NCBI GenBank assembly: GCA_035607435.1
Contig: DATMZU010000290.1
Coordinates: 1 to 56,871, forward strand
Reading direction: 5' to 3'
DNA from: Thermoanaerobaculia bacterium
GTDB lineage: Bacteria > Acidobacteriota > Thermoanaerobaculia > Multivoradales > UBA5704
DNA: 56,871 nt
Shown here: piece by piece, positions 19,889-28,811 of the stretch
How the letters are laid out: every line of letters starts with the position of its first letter
Numbering within the stretch: the stretch's first letter is position 1
The notes under the pieces: model-generated
Seen by the model: only the letters and a program-made list of their open reading frames with translations
Told to the model about the DNA's origin: nothing
The model's database searches: none
Program-made: the position numbers and the translations under genes

Positions 19889-21036
19889 CGAGCCCTCCGC
19901 AGTTGGCGGTCGCACCGGCCGAAACCGCTGCCGCTCCACGGCCACACGTCGTGGTCCGCGGTTTTCTCCGCTTACTCGAACGGAATTTTCTCCCGGACGC
20001 GTTGATCCGTCTAGGAATTCGCAAGCTGTGCGCCGAGCGCCTCGCGGCCGAAACCGCGGGCGGCCGGGACGCGATCGAGGGCCGCAAGCGGGAGCTGATC
20101 GCCCGTTTACGCGCGAGCGCGGTCGCGGTCCATACGGGAGAGGCGAACGCGCAGCACTACGAGCTGCCAACCGCTTTCTTCCGCCGGGTGCTAGGACGCC
20201 GGCTCAAGTACAGCGGCGCCTACTGGCCGGCGGGAGTTGATTCCCTCGATCGGGCGGAAGAGGCGATGCTCGCGCTCACCGCCGAACGCGCGGAAATCGC
20301 GGACGGTCAATCGATCCTCGACCTGGGGTGCGGCTGGGGCTCGTTCACGCTCTGGGCCGCCGAGCGTTTTCCTTCCGCCCGCATCCTCGCGGTGTCCAAC
20401 TCTTCGACGCAAAAGGTCTTCATCGAAGAGCAGGCGCGCGAGCGCGGCTTCGCGAACGTCACGGTCCGCACGGTGGACGCCAACGTCCTCGGCACCGAAG
20501 CGGCGCCCGAGGAGCTGCGCGCCGCCGACCTCGCGAGCCGCTTCGACCGGATCGTCTCGGTCGAGATGCTAGAGCACGTCCGGAACTACGAGGAAATGCT
20601 CGGCCGCATCGCCGCCTGGCTCACGCCTGAGGGCAAACTCTTCGTCCACGTATTCTGCCACCGCGAAGTCGCCTACCCTTTCGAGGTCAAAGACGAGAGC
20701 GATTGGATGGCCCGCTTCTTCTTCACCGGCGGCCTGATGCCCTCGGCCGACCTCCTGCCGCGTTTCGTCAAGCCGACCGGAAAGGTGTCGTTGGTGGTGG
20801 AGGCTCAATGGCTGGTCGACGGAACCCACTACCAGAAAACCGCCGAGGCCTGGCTCGCCAACCAGGACCACTTCTCGCGAGAGCTGAAGCCGCTCATCGC
20901 CGAGGTCTACGGAAGCGACAACGCCACCCGCTGGTGGGTCTATTGGCGGGTTTTCTTCATGGCCTGCGCCGAGCTTTTCGGCTACGCCGAAGGCGGGGAG
21001 TGGCAGGTCGCGCATTACCGCTTTGGGCAAGACTGA
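19885..21036 (+). CDS. SAM-dependent methyltransferase, CMAS/CFA-synthase-like (second copy)
   Basis: ANAQHYELPTAFF, SAM motif ILDLGCGWGSFTLWAA, and VSVEMLEHV. 383 aa from ATG 19885. Confidence 0.85.
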   Translation: MTSPPQLAVAPAETAAAPRPHVVVRGFLRLLERNFLPDALIRLGIRKLCAERLAAETAGGRDAIEGRKRELIARLRASAVAVHTGEANAQHYELPTAFFRRVLGRRLKYSGAYWPAGVDSLDRAEEAMLALTAERAEIADGQSILDLGCGWGSFTLWAAERFPSARILAVSNSSTQKVFIEEQARERGFANVTVRTVDANVLGTEAAPEELRAADLASRFDRIVSVEMLEHVRNYEEMLGRIAAWLTPEGKLFVHVFCHREVAYPFEVKDESDWMARFFFTGGLMPSADLLPRFVKPTGKVSLVVEAQWLVDGTHYQKTAEAWLANQDHFSRELKPLIAEVYGSDNATRWWVYWRVFFMACAELFGYAEGGEWQVAHYRFGQD

Positions 21037-21302
21037 ACCGGAAAGACCCTGGCCTACCAGAACTGGGCGGGATGCCCGCGGGATTGCATCGGTCGGCATC
21101 ACTCATCGGTCTCGCCGCCAACCGCTTGGCTGCGAGCATTTTGGCAGACTCTGGCGCCAAGGGAACTCCCAAGAGAGGCAAAATCCTTGACTTGCCCGAT
21201 TCCCTGAGAGACACTCTGCTCTGCGTATGGCAGATTTATTGAGCCAGCGGCCTTTCAGGCGAAGAAGCGCCAACGGCGATCAGAGGGCAGGGCACTCCCA
21301 CT

Positions 21303-21540
21303 GGAAGGAGAAGCAATCCCGCAAGCGGGAATAGCGGTCCTTCAGAGAGGAGCGACGATCCTCCGCGGGGGAAGAGCAATCCCGCGCGAAGGCTGACCGA
21401 TCCCGCGGTAAGGCTGAGTGATCCCGCTCGCGGGATGAGTGATCCTGCAGGAAGGACAAGCGTTCCTCCTGGAAGGCGAGGCGATCCCTGGAGCGGGAAC
21501 CGCGATCCTTCAAGAGGGCGAGACGATCCTGCCGGGCGCA
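21303..21540. repeat. 11 exactly phased 21-bp tandem repeats (consensus about nGnrGGnnrAGCGATCCynCn)
   Basis: The TCC anchor recurs at 21317, 21338, 21359, 21380, 21401, 21422, 21443, 21464, 21485, 21506 and 21527. Coding status unresolved. Confidence 0.9.
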
Positions 21541-21603
21541 CGAAGTAAGGCTTCACTCGTGCGGGCCCATTTCCGGGCCACACGTTCAACAAAGGAGGGT
21601 GTC

Positions 21604-22005
21604 ATGCCCGATTCGTACGCAGAAAAGACGCAACGCTGGGCCACTCTTTGCGCCAACGCGGAGCCGTTGCTCGGCTCGATCCCGGTTCCGGCTCAGGAAC
21701 TTCATTCTGGGATCAAAGCCGCGACTAACGAGCTTGGCGGTATGGCGGATCGGATCCAGGATCTCCAAGGCCAAGCGCACGCTCTGGCCAAGCGGCGGCA
21801 GGATCTGGTCCGGAAAGTGTCTGAGGATGCGACCCGGTTCAAAGTCCATCTTCAGGCATTCCTGGGGCCTAAGAACCCGGAACTGCTGCAGCTTGGCATC
21901 CGGCCTCAGGATTTGCGGAGGAAGGCTCCCTCGGCGAAGGCCAAAGCGAAAGCTTTAACCGACGCCAAGGGGAGTGAAGGGTTGTCCGTGAGCGCCGAGG
22001 TCTAA
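21604..22005 (+). CDS. hypothetical protein (133 aa, helical/coiled-coil-looking, Lys/Ala-rich tail)
   Basis: ATG 21604 lies 5 nt after AAAGGAGGG. No family recognised. The ORF-track version (GTG 21439) would add 55 repeat-derived codons. Confidence 0.6.
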   Translation: MPDSYAEKTQRWATLCANAEPLLGSIPVPAQELHSGIKAATNELGGMADRIQDLQGQAHALAKRRQDLVRKVSEDATRFKVHLQAFLGPKNPELLQLGIRPQDLRRKAPSAKAKAKALTDAKGSEGLSVSAEV

Positions 22006-22136
22006 TTCGGCTTTCACCCCGGCCGGGGAGGGGGCAATCCTCTCCGGCCGTTGTTGGAACTTTAGACCAGAAGAGACCTGGCCGCAACGGCCCAAAACCT
22101 GGCACGACAGCCCCAGCTCCTCCGGCGCTTTTTTGC

Positions 22137-22976
22137 TCACGCCACCGCGAGCACCTCGTCCTCCCAGGCGTAGCAAGCTTCGGCGATCTTCTCTCCCACC
22201 TGGACCACCTCTCCCACCACCAACGTCGCAGGGGCTTCGAGACCGGCTTCTGCGACCAGTCTCTCCAAGGTCGCGAGGGTCCCCACCACCGTTTGCTGGG
22301 TGGAAAGAGTGGCGCTCGCGATCGCGGCGGCCGGGGTTTCCCAGGAGCGGCCGGCGGCGATCAAGGCGGCGGTGATTTCCGGCAGGCGGCCGAGGCCCAT
22401 GAGGATCACAATCGTGTCGAGCCGGGCGACGGCGGGCCAGTCGATGCGCTCGATGCGATCACCGGGCTCGGGTGAGCCAGGAATGCAGTGGCCGGCGACG
22501 ATCGCGACGCTTCCCGCCACGCCCCGGTGGGTGATCGGGATGCCCGCGGCGGACGGGGCGGCGATGGCACTCGAAATGCCGGGGACGATCTCGAAAGGGA
22601 CTCCCGCCTCGGCGCAGGCGAGCGCTTCTTCTCCTCCTCGGCCGAAGACGAAGGGGTCGCCTCCTTTCAAGCGCACCACGCGGCGGCCGGCTCGGGCGTG
22701 TGCGATCAGCAGACGGCAGATCTCCTCCTGTTTCCGTGCGTGGCGGCCGGGGGCTTTGCCGACGTCGATGCGGAGCGCCGTCCGAGGAGCCTCTTCGAGC
22801 AGCTCGGGGCTGACCAGGCGATCGTAGAGGAGCACCTCGGAGCGGCGCAGGCAGCGGAGACCGCGGACGGTGATTAGCTCGGGATCGCCCGGACCGGCTC
22901 CGACCAGCCAGACGTGGCCACGGGGTTCCGGATCGACCGGGCCGATTCTGCCGAGACGGATGGCTTCGGCGATCAC
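22137..22976 (-). CDS. cobA: uroporphyrinogen-III C-methyltransferase (SUMT)
   Basis: VWLVGAGPGDPELITVRGLRCLRRSEVLLYDRLV, VVRLKGGDPFVFGRGGEE and VPGISS motifs. Confidence 0.92.
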   Translation of the reverse strand: MIAEAIRLGRIGPVDPEPRGHVWLVGAGPGDPELITVRGLRCLRRSEVLLYDRLVSPELLEEAPRTALRIDVGKAPGRHARKQEEICRLLIAHARAGRRVVRLKGGDPFVFGRGGEEALACAEAGVPFEIVPGISSAIAAPSAAGIPITHRGVAGSVAIVAGHCIPGSPEPGDRIERIDWPAVARLDTIVILMGLGRLPEITAALIAAGRSWETPAAAIASATLSTQQTVVGTLATLERLVAEAGLEAPATLVVGEVVQVGEKIAEACYAWEDEVLAVA

Positions 22977-23626
22977 GGCCAGGCCTCGGGCAGCTCGATT
23001 CCTAAGATTTCTTCGAACCGGCGATGCGCTTCGAGCTCTCGGCCCGAGCGGAGCAGGCGCAGGGCGTCGGAATCGACCAGGGCGTACCAGCGGGCGCGCC
23101 GTTCGCCGAAATCGGGGCGGCGGGCGGCGAGCGGTGCCCGGGCGCGGCCGGCGATCTCCAGGAACCGTTCCAGCTCCGGCCCGAGGCGGCGGGCGATGCG
23201 GTCGCGAATCCGGGCGGCGAGCGCGGGGGCACGGCCGGCGGTCGAGATCGCGACCGTGAGGTCGCCGCGACGAGCGATGGCCGGGGCGGCGAACGAGCAG
23301 AGCGGCGGCCGGTCGATGACGTTCAAGAAGATCCTGCGCGCTTCGGCTTCGCGGGCGATCGCCGGGAGTTGCGGCTCCAGCTCCTCGGGGATCGCGATCA
23401 CCAGCCAGGCGCCGGAGAGATCGCCCTCACGATAGGTTCGGGCGAGCAGCTGGATCGCTCCGGTCGCGGCGAGGGCGAATAGCCGCTCGCACGGTTCAGG
23501 GGCGATCAGGCGGACGCGCGCTCCCGCTGCGAGCAGCCCTTCGATCTTCTCCGGCGCGGGACGGCCGGCGCCGAGGACCACGGCGAGACGGCCGGCGAGG
23601 TCGAGCGTGATCGGATAGGACGACAT
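22973..23626 (-). CDS. sirC: precorrin-2 dehydrogenase / sirohydrochlorin ferrochelatase (CysG N-terminal-like)
   Basis: PITLDLAGRLAVVLGAGRPAPEKIEGLLAAGARVRLIAPE NAD-binding N-terminus. 217 aa. 4-nt overlap with cobA. Confidence 0.85.
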   Translation of the reverse strand: MSSYPITLDLAGRLAVVLGAGRPAPEKIEGLLAAGARVRLIAPEPCERLFALAATGAIQLLARTYREGDLSGAWLVIAIPEELEPQLPAIAREAEARRIFLNVIDRPPLCSFAAPAIARRGDLTVAISTAGRAPALAARIRDRIARRLGPELERFLEIAGRARAPLAARRPDFGERRARWYALVDSDALRLLRSGRELEAHRRFEEILGIELPEAWP

Positions 23627-23644
23627 GGGATCTTTCGTTCCGGC

Positions 23645-24157
23645 CTATAGCTCGACCGCCACGCTTTCGACCGAGACGCCGGAGCGATCGACGTCGAGCG
23701 TCAGTCGCGCGGCGGAGGTCGAAAGCTCAATCCGGACCCGACCTGGCTTGCCTCCTACGATCGAGATTCCCGTGAGAGTCGTTCCCACCAAGGAGCCGAG
23801 GGCGGTCTCCGCTTCGCGGGCGCGGCGGACGAGATCGAGGCCGGCGGGGGTCTTTCTGTAGAGATCGAGAAAGGCGCCCTCCGCCTCCGGCCCGTGCAGC
23901 CGGCGCGCGCGGCCGGTCGAGAGCGACAGGTCGAGCAGCCGGGCGAGCGGCGCCTGGAGGGTTCCGGGTACTTCTCCCGTGGCGATCGAGCCGGCCAAGC
24001 GCGCCAGGTCCGATCTCTCCGACGACGCGTGGACGCTCGCGGTGTAAGCGGCCAGCTCTTCGAGCAAGTCGCCGCGGTGCAGGGCGGGAATCGCCAAACG
24101 CTCCGGCGCGGGGGGGACCGACGGAGTTGGAGACTCAATCATTGCCGTGGCGCTCAT
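23645..24157 (-). CDS. hypothetical protein (170 aa, no Cys) embedded in the sulfite-reduction/siroheme operon
   Basis: ATG overlaps the cysH stop (ATGA) and the ORF ends 18 nt before sirC. No recognisable motif. The ORF-track N-terminal extension is rejected as Arg-rich shadow sequence. Confidence 0.6.
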   Translation of the reverse strand: MSATAMIESPTPSVPPAPERLAIPALHRGDLLEELAAYTASVHASSERSDLARLAGSIATGEVPGTLQAPLARLLDLSLSTGRARRLHGPEAEGAFLDLYRKTPAGLDLVRRAREAETALGSLVGTTLTGISIVGGKPGRVRIELSTSAARLTLDVDRSGVSVESVAVEL

Positions 24158-25080
24158 CTCGCCTCCTCGGCGACCAGCGATTCGATCTCGTGCTCCAGGC
24201 CGCCGGTTTCGATCGGGCAATGGATGCCGCACTCCTTTGGCGCGTTCGTCTCCCACCACCAGCGGCCGGCGCGCGGGTCTTCGTCCGCCCGGGTGGCCCT
24301 TGTGCAGGGGGTGCAGCCGATGCTGGTGAATCCCTTGGCGTAGAGCGGATGGACCGGCACGTCGTTTTCGCGCACGTAGTCCAGCACCTCTTCGGCGCTC
24401 CAGTCGGCGAGCGGCGAAAGCTTCGTCAAGCCGCCATGGTCGTGATCGATCTCCAGCTTCCGCAGGTTCGCGCGGCTTGCCCATTGGTCGCGGCGGAGGC
24501 CGGTCACCCAGGCGTCGAGACCCTGGAGTGCCTTGCGGATCGGCTCGACCTTGCGCACGTGGCAGCAGAGCAGGCGCTGCGGCACCGAGCCACGGAAGCC
24601 GTTCGGGCCTTGGCGGCGGACCAGGGTCTCCAGCTGGAGGGCGTCCGGGAACAGCACCTCGATCGCGACGCCGTAGCGGGCACGGACCTGCTCCATCACC
24701 TCGTAGGTCTCTTCCGGCATGCGGCCGGTGTCAACGGTGAAGACCCGGACCTCCGGCCGAATCCGCCACGCCATGTCGAGCAGCGCCATCCCCTCGGCCT
24801 GGAAACTGGTGCAGATCGCGAGCTGCGCGCCCCAGCGGTCGAGCGCCCATTCCAGGATCTCCTGCGGCTCCGCGCCGTCGAGATCGGCGGCCAGGCGGCC
24901 GGCTTCATATTCGTCGAGAAAATCGCGCTCGGTGTTGGCGATGTGTTTCGGGGCAACCTGCGAAGGGGCGACCAGCGCGGAGGTGAATCCCGCCCGCGAG
25001 GCGGGCACCGCGGCGAGGGTCGAAGCGACCGCCGGATCGAGGACGGTGCGGGAATCGTGGCCGGACAACGAGCTGAGCAT
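24154..25080 (-). CDS. cysH: adenylylsulfate (APS)/PAPS reductase, Fe-S type
   Basis: ICTSFQAEGMALLDM, LLCCHVRKVEP plus SIGCTPCT (CC...CxxC cluster typical of APS reductases), and KECGIH. Start ATG 25080, 2 nt after the sir stop. Confidence 0.9.
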   Translation of the reverse strand: MLSSLSGHDSRTVLDPAVASTLAAVPASRAGFTSALVAPSQVAPKHIANTERDFLDEYEAGRLAADLDGAEPQEILEWALDRWGAQLAICTSFQAEGMALLDMAWRIRPEVRVFTVDTGRMPEETYEVMEQVRARYGVAIEVLFPDALQLETLVRRQGPNGFRGSVPQRLLCCHVRKVEPIRKALQGLDAWVTGLRRDQWASRANLRKLEIDHDHGGLTKLSPLADWSAEEVLDYVRENDVPVHPLYAKGFTSIGCTPCTRATRADEDPRAGRWWWETNAPKECGIHCPIETGGLEHEIESLVAEEAR

Positions 25081-25082
25081 CT

Positions 25083-26771
25083 TCAAGCCTCCAAAGTCTG
25101 TGCTGCGACGGCGGACGGAGGTACGGCGACATCCAAGGGGCCTGGAGTTTCGGAAGGCGGCGAAAGCGTCGAGAGCGCGATGAGGTCGGCGTCGTCGCTT
25201 CGCGCGAACCACTGCTGGAGCCGCTCGCCGCTTACGCGGTTTTCGAGATAGGCGCCGATCAGGCGTTCGAGGACGACATGGATCTGGTCGGCCGGGACGC
25301 GCTTGAGCACCGGGCGGCCGATCGCCGCGTCTTTGCCTTGGGCGCCGCGCAGGAAGACGTCGAATCCCTGGCGCCGCTCGCCGTTCGGGCCGCGTTCGCG
25401 GAGCGTCGTCCCCTGAAGGCCCAAGTCCCCGGTCCAATGATGGGCGCAGGCGTGGGGGCAGCCGTCGAGGTGGATCGCGAGATCGGCCACCGCCGGGCCG
25501 AAGCGCGCGGCGAGATGGTCGGTGATCGTGCCCAGCCGCCGCTTGGTCTCGGCGACCGCGAAGTTGCAATAGGGATCGCCGGTGCAGGTCATCGACCGGC
25601 CGTGGATTGCATGAACATCGAGCGGAAATCCGAGGGGGGCGACGGCGGCCACGACATCGGCTTTTCGCCCGTCGGGAATGTTGGCGAGCAGAAAGTTCTG
25701 CTGCCGGGTGAGCCGGATCTCGCCGTCGAAGCTCTCGGCCAAATCCGCCAAGCCGAGCAGTTGCGTGCCCGAGATCAATCCCGCAGGGACCGGGAAACCG
25801 GCGTACCAAAGACCCGGCTGGCGCTGGGGGTGAAGCCCAGCATGGAGCGGGTCGGCTTTTTCCACCGGCTCCACGGCGGGACCGTTTTCCAGACGGTAGC
25901 CGAGCCGCTCTTCCACCCGCGCGCGAAACGCCTCGACGCCCACGTCTTCAATCAGAAATTTGAGCCGCGCCCGGGCGCGCGACATGCGGTAGCGCAGATC
26001 GAGGCGCCAAGTGTCCACGATCGCCGCGAGCACCTCGACCGCCTGCTCCTTTGGCATCCACACGCCGAGATCCGAGGCGAGCCGAGGGAAGGTCGAGAGA
26101 CCTCCCCCCACGCGCACGGCAAACCCCTCCCGCCCGTCGCGGATCGTGCCGATCAGGGCGATGCAGTGGATCTCCGGCGCGTTGCACTGGTGCGGGCAGG
26201 CGGAGATCGTGATCTTGTGCTTGCGCGGCAGGTTCGAGTACTCCGGCCGAGCGCGGAAGAAGGCGGCGGTCTCTTCGAGGATCGGCCGCACGTCGAACAA
26301 CTCCTCGGCGTCGAGCCCGGCGAGCGGACAGCCGGTGACATTCCGCACGTTGTCGCCGCAGGCCCCCGCGGTATCGAGCCCGAGGGCGGCCAGCTCGGCG
26401 AGCACCTCGGGCAGGCGCGCCAATTCGAGATCGTGGAGCTGGATGTTCTGGCGCGTGGTCAGCTCGGCGTAGTCGCCGCCCAAATCGCGCGAGATGCGGC
26501 CGATCGCGCGCAGCTTCTCCGGCGTGAGGAAACCGCCCGGGGTCTTCACCCGCAGCATGAAGCGGCCGGTCTTCGGCTTGTCGTGGTAGAGCCCGTACCA
26601 CTGGAGGCGCACGAGATCCTCTTCCGGCACCGCCTCGTAGCCGGTTTCGATCATCGCGGGGATCTCCGCGAGCACGTCGAGCCCCGGCTTATCGCGTTTC
26701 AGCCGCTCGATCGAATTCCGCTTGTAGATCAGCTCCCAGGTCGGGGGTTCGGTCGTATTCGGGGCCCGCAA
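25083..26771 (-). CDS. sir: ferredoxin-type sulfite (or nitrite) reductase hemoprotein
   Basis: 562 aa. LQWYGLYHDKPKTGRFMLRVKTPGG, TTRQNIQLH, and siroheme/4Fe-4S Cys ligands (TCTGDPYCNF, DGCPHACAHH). TTG start preceded by AAGGAGA. Confidence 0.9.
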   Translation of the reverse strand: MRAPNTTEPPTWELIYKRNSIERLKRDKPGLDVLAEIPAMIETGYEAVPEEDLVRLQWYGLYHDKPKTGRFMLRVKTPGGFLTPEKLRAIGRISRDLGGDYAELTTRQNIQLHDLELARLPEVLAELAALGLDTAGACGDNVRNVTGCPLAGLDAEELFDVRPILEETAAFFRARPEYSNLPRKHKITISACPHQCNAPEIHCIALIGTIRDGREGFAVRVGGGLSTFPRLASDLGVWMPKEQAVEVLAAIVDTWRLDLRYRMSRARARLKFLIEDVGVEAFRARVEERLGYRLENGPAVEPVEKADPLHAGLHPQRQPGLWYAGFPVPAGLISGTQLLGLADLAESFDGEIRLTRQQNFLLANIPDGRKADVVAAVAPLGFPLDVHAIHGRSMTCTGDPYCNFAVAETKRRLGTITDHLAARFGPAVADLAIHLDGCPHACAHHWTGDLGLQGTTLRERGPNGERRQGFDVFLRGAQGKDAAIGRPVLKRVPADQIHVVLERLIGAYLENRVSGERLQQWFARSDDADLIALSTLSPPSETPGPLDVAVPPSAVAAQTLEA

Positions 26772-27014
26772 GGTAAGGCTCTCCTTCCCGGCTCGACAGA
26801 GCCGCTACGCGGTCTCGCAAGGTGCGGTTCGCGGGGGGAAGACGTCAGATCAGGAGAGGCGCGGGACGGGGGCGCCAAAGCGCCCCAGGCCCGCTAACTA
26901 CAGAGGGAGAGAGACAGAGGCTCGGCGGAGGAGGGGCGCGTACGACTCATTTGTGAGTAAGATGATCGAGATTAATGCGCCTGTCAAGCCCCCCGGTCCC
27001 GAAACTCCGCTCAC

Positions 27015-28400
27015 CTATCGCGCCGTGACGCGGATCTCGCGTACCACGACGGACCCGAAACGCTGGAGCCCTTCGCGCAGCATCTGCCAGTCGGAGGTGT
27101 AGGTGCCGGTCCGCGACGGCGCGGTGAGGAGGAGAGTGAAGGTGGCCGTCTTGCCCGGTAGGATCTGGGCGAAACGCCCGACCAGCTTGCGCGGCGGGGT
27201 GAACGGATCGGTGTCGTCCCCGGCTCCGAGCTTGTAATTGGCCGCCCGGGTCCAGGTGCTGGTGCCGACGTTTCTCATCGTAATCCTCGCCGTGAACTTC
27301 GACCCTTTGCGCATCGAGGAGGGGAAGGTGACCGAAACGACTTCCGCCGCGTCGGCCGGCCCCTGCTCCAGGTCGATGAATCCCTTGACCGCGGCGTAGG
27401 CGGTCTTCTCGGAGCCGTCGGCGCGCAGCAGGCCCCAGCGCGGCACATTGGTGTTCGGATCGTCGATCAGCTCGTAGATGAAGATCTTGTCGATCCACTC
27501 GCGCCCCGGCTGCTCGGTGAACCAATCGCTGAGCAGGCCGGAAAGATCTCCCGCCTGCGCGGTGTCACCCACCTGGTCGCTCGCCCAGCCGGTCTCGGTC
27601 AACCATACCGGTCGGCCCAGCCATCCGGTATTGCGCAGCACTTCGCGGAGAGAGGGGTTCACGAGCGGCCAGAGCGACGGGCTGCCGCCGAACTGGGTGT
27701 CGTCGGTGAGTTTCTTGGTCACGTCGCGCGATCCGTCCCGGTCGTAGAGATGGTGCGCCACGATGTCGATCCGGTCGCTCGCCTTCTGCAAAATGTCGCG
27801 CAGCCAGACGTACCAATCGCTGTCGCCGGAGGTCAGATGGGCCAGATCCGGCCCGGCGATCTGCGCGTCCGAGTCGGTCGAACGGATCGCGGTCGAGCCC
27901 GGCTTCAAGATCTTCTCGATGTATTCGCTCCGGCTGCCCGCCCAGAAGCGATCCTGGTTCGGCTCGTTCCAAATCCCCCAGACCTGAATCCGCCCCCGAT
28001 AGCGATCGGCGGCGCGGACACAGATGTCGGTCCAGTCGTCAACGTTGCGCGGCACCCCGGTGAGGGCGGGGCCGTCGGTCGCCCAAGCGGGAGTATCGGC
28101 GAGAGTGGCGTAAATCGACAGCCCGCGAGCCTGCGCCGCGGCGACGATCTGGTCGTAGACGTGCCAATCGAACTGGTCCTGCACCGGCTCGACCCAAGGC
28201 CAGATGAAATCGATCCGCACCCAGCCGATCCCGGCCGCGCGCACCTTGTCCAAACGCGCCACCACGTCGGCGCCCAACGGCGCATGAATATTGACCCCGA
28301 AATGGGACGCCTCGCCCGCAGAGACCGCGGCAGGAGCCAGAACCGCCACCGCGGTGGCCAGGACCAGAGAGAGGGCGAGGAGTGAAAATCGTCGCAGCAT
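27015..28400 (-). CDS. secreted clan GH-A glycoside hydrolase (GH5/GH39-like) with a C-terminal NBR1-like Ig domain
   Basis: Signal peptide MLRRFSLLALSLVLATAVAVLAPAAVSA. VWGIWNEPN (acid/base) and VWLTETGW (nucleophile). C-terminal ~110 aa (ARITMRNVGTSTWT...YTSDWQMLREGLQRFG). Confidence 0.8.
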   Translation of the reverse strand: MLRRFSLLALSLVLATAVAVLAPAAVSAGEASHFGVNIHAPLGADVVARLDKVRAAGIGWVRIDFIWPWVEPVQDQFDWHVYDQIVAAAQARGLSIYATLADTPAWATDGPALTGVPRNVDDWTDICVRAADRYRGRIQVWGIWNEPNQDRFWAGSRSEYIEKILKPGSTAIRSTDSDAQIAGPDLAHLTSGDSDWYVWLRDILQKASDRIDIVAHHLYDRDGSRDVTKKLTDDTQFGGSPSLWPLVNPSLREVLRNTGWLGRPVWLTETGWASDQVGDTAQAGDLSGLLSDWFTEQPGREWIDKIFIYELIDDPNTNVPRWGLLRADGSEKTAYAAVKGFIDLEQGPADAAEVVSVTFPSSMRKGSKFTARITMRNVGTSTWTRAANYKLGAGDDTDPFTPPRKLVGRFAQILPGKTATFTLLLTAPSRTGTYTSDWQMLREGLQRFGSVVVREIRVTAR

Positions 28401-28515
28401 CGGCAAAACCCTCCAGGCTCCAAAGGTACCCGGGCAGGGGGGCGATGTCAAAGGCGCGGAACCCGGAAGGGTCTACGGTCGTCCCAAGCCGGCCGTCGGG
28501 GATCCACTCTGAAAT

Positions 28516-28562
28516 CTACTCGGAAGCCCAAAAACTTCCGAGCTTCCGAGTAGACTTCCGAG
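28516..28562 (+). promoter_or_regulatory. putative hicBA operator: 11-bp perfect inverted repeat plus three CTTCCGAG direct repeats
   Basis: CTACTCGGAAG (28516-28526) and CTTCCGAGTAG (28543-28553). CTTCCGAG at 28535, 28543 and 28555. Ends 27 nt upstream of the hicB ATG. Confidence 0.45.
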
Positions 28563-28589
28563 CTTAGGCGCGTGCCCAGGGAGAACCCC

Positions 28590-28811
28590 ATGCAAAAGCA
28601 GCTCACCGCGATCATCGAGCGCGAAGACGACGGCTACTCCGCGCTGTGTCCAGAGGTGGATATTGCTAGCCAGGGCGACACGGTCGAAGAGGCCCGAGAG
28701 AACCTCCGCGAGGCCCTAGAACTCTTCTTCGAGGTTGCTTCGGCTGACGAGATCCATCGGCGTCTTCACGACGAGGTCTACATTACGCGGCTAGAGGTCG
28801 CGGTTGGGTAG
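28590..28811 (+). CDS. hicB: HicB-family antitoxin
   Basis: LTAIIEREDDGYSALCPEVDIASQGDTVEEARENLREALELFFE (UPF0150/HicB fold). ATG 28590 preceded by GGGAGA. The ORF track uses GTG 28572. Confidence 0.85.
   Translation: MQKQLTAIIEREDDGYSALCPEVDIASQGDTVEEARENLREALELFFEVASADEIHRRLHDEVYITRLEVAVG

Noticed and set aside
21187-21242. Promoter-like motifs upstream of the 21-bp array: TTGACT at 21187 and TGGCAG-N5-TTGA at 21228
   Set aside because: No acceptable -10 hexamer lies at 16-18 nt from TTGACT. The sigma-54-like motif lacks the conserved GC of the -12 element.
21303-21540. CRISPR array interpretation of the 21-bp repeats (also for 43360-43950)
   Set aside because: A 21-bp period leaves no room for repeat plus spacer. 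The units are contiguous, with no unique spacers. No cas genes are present.
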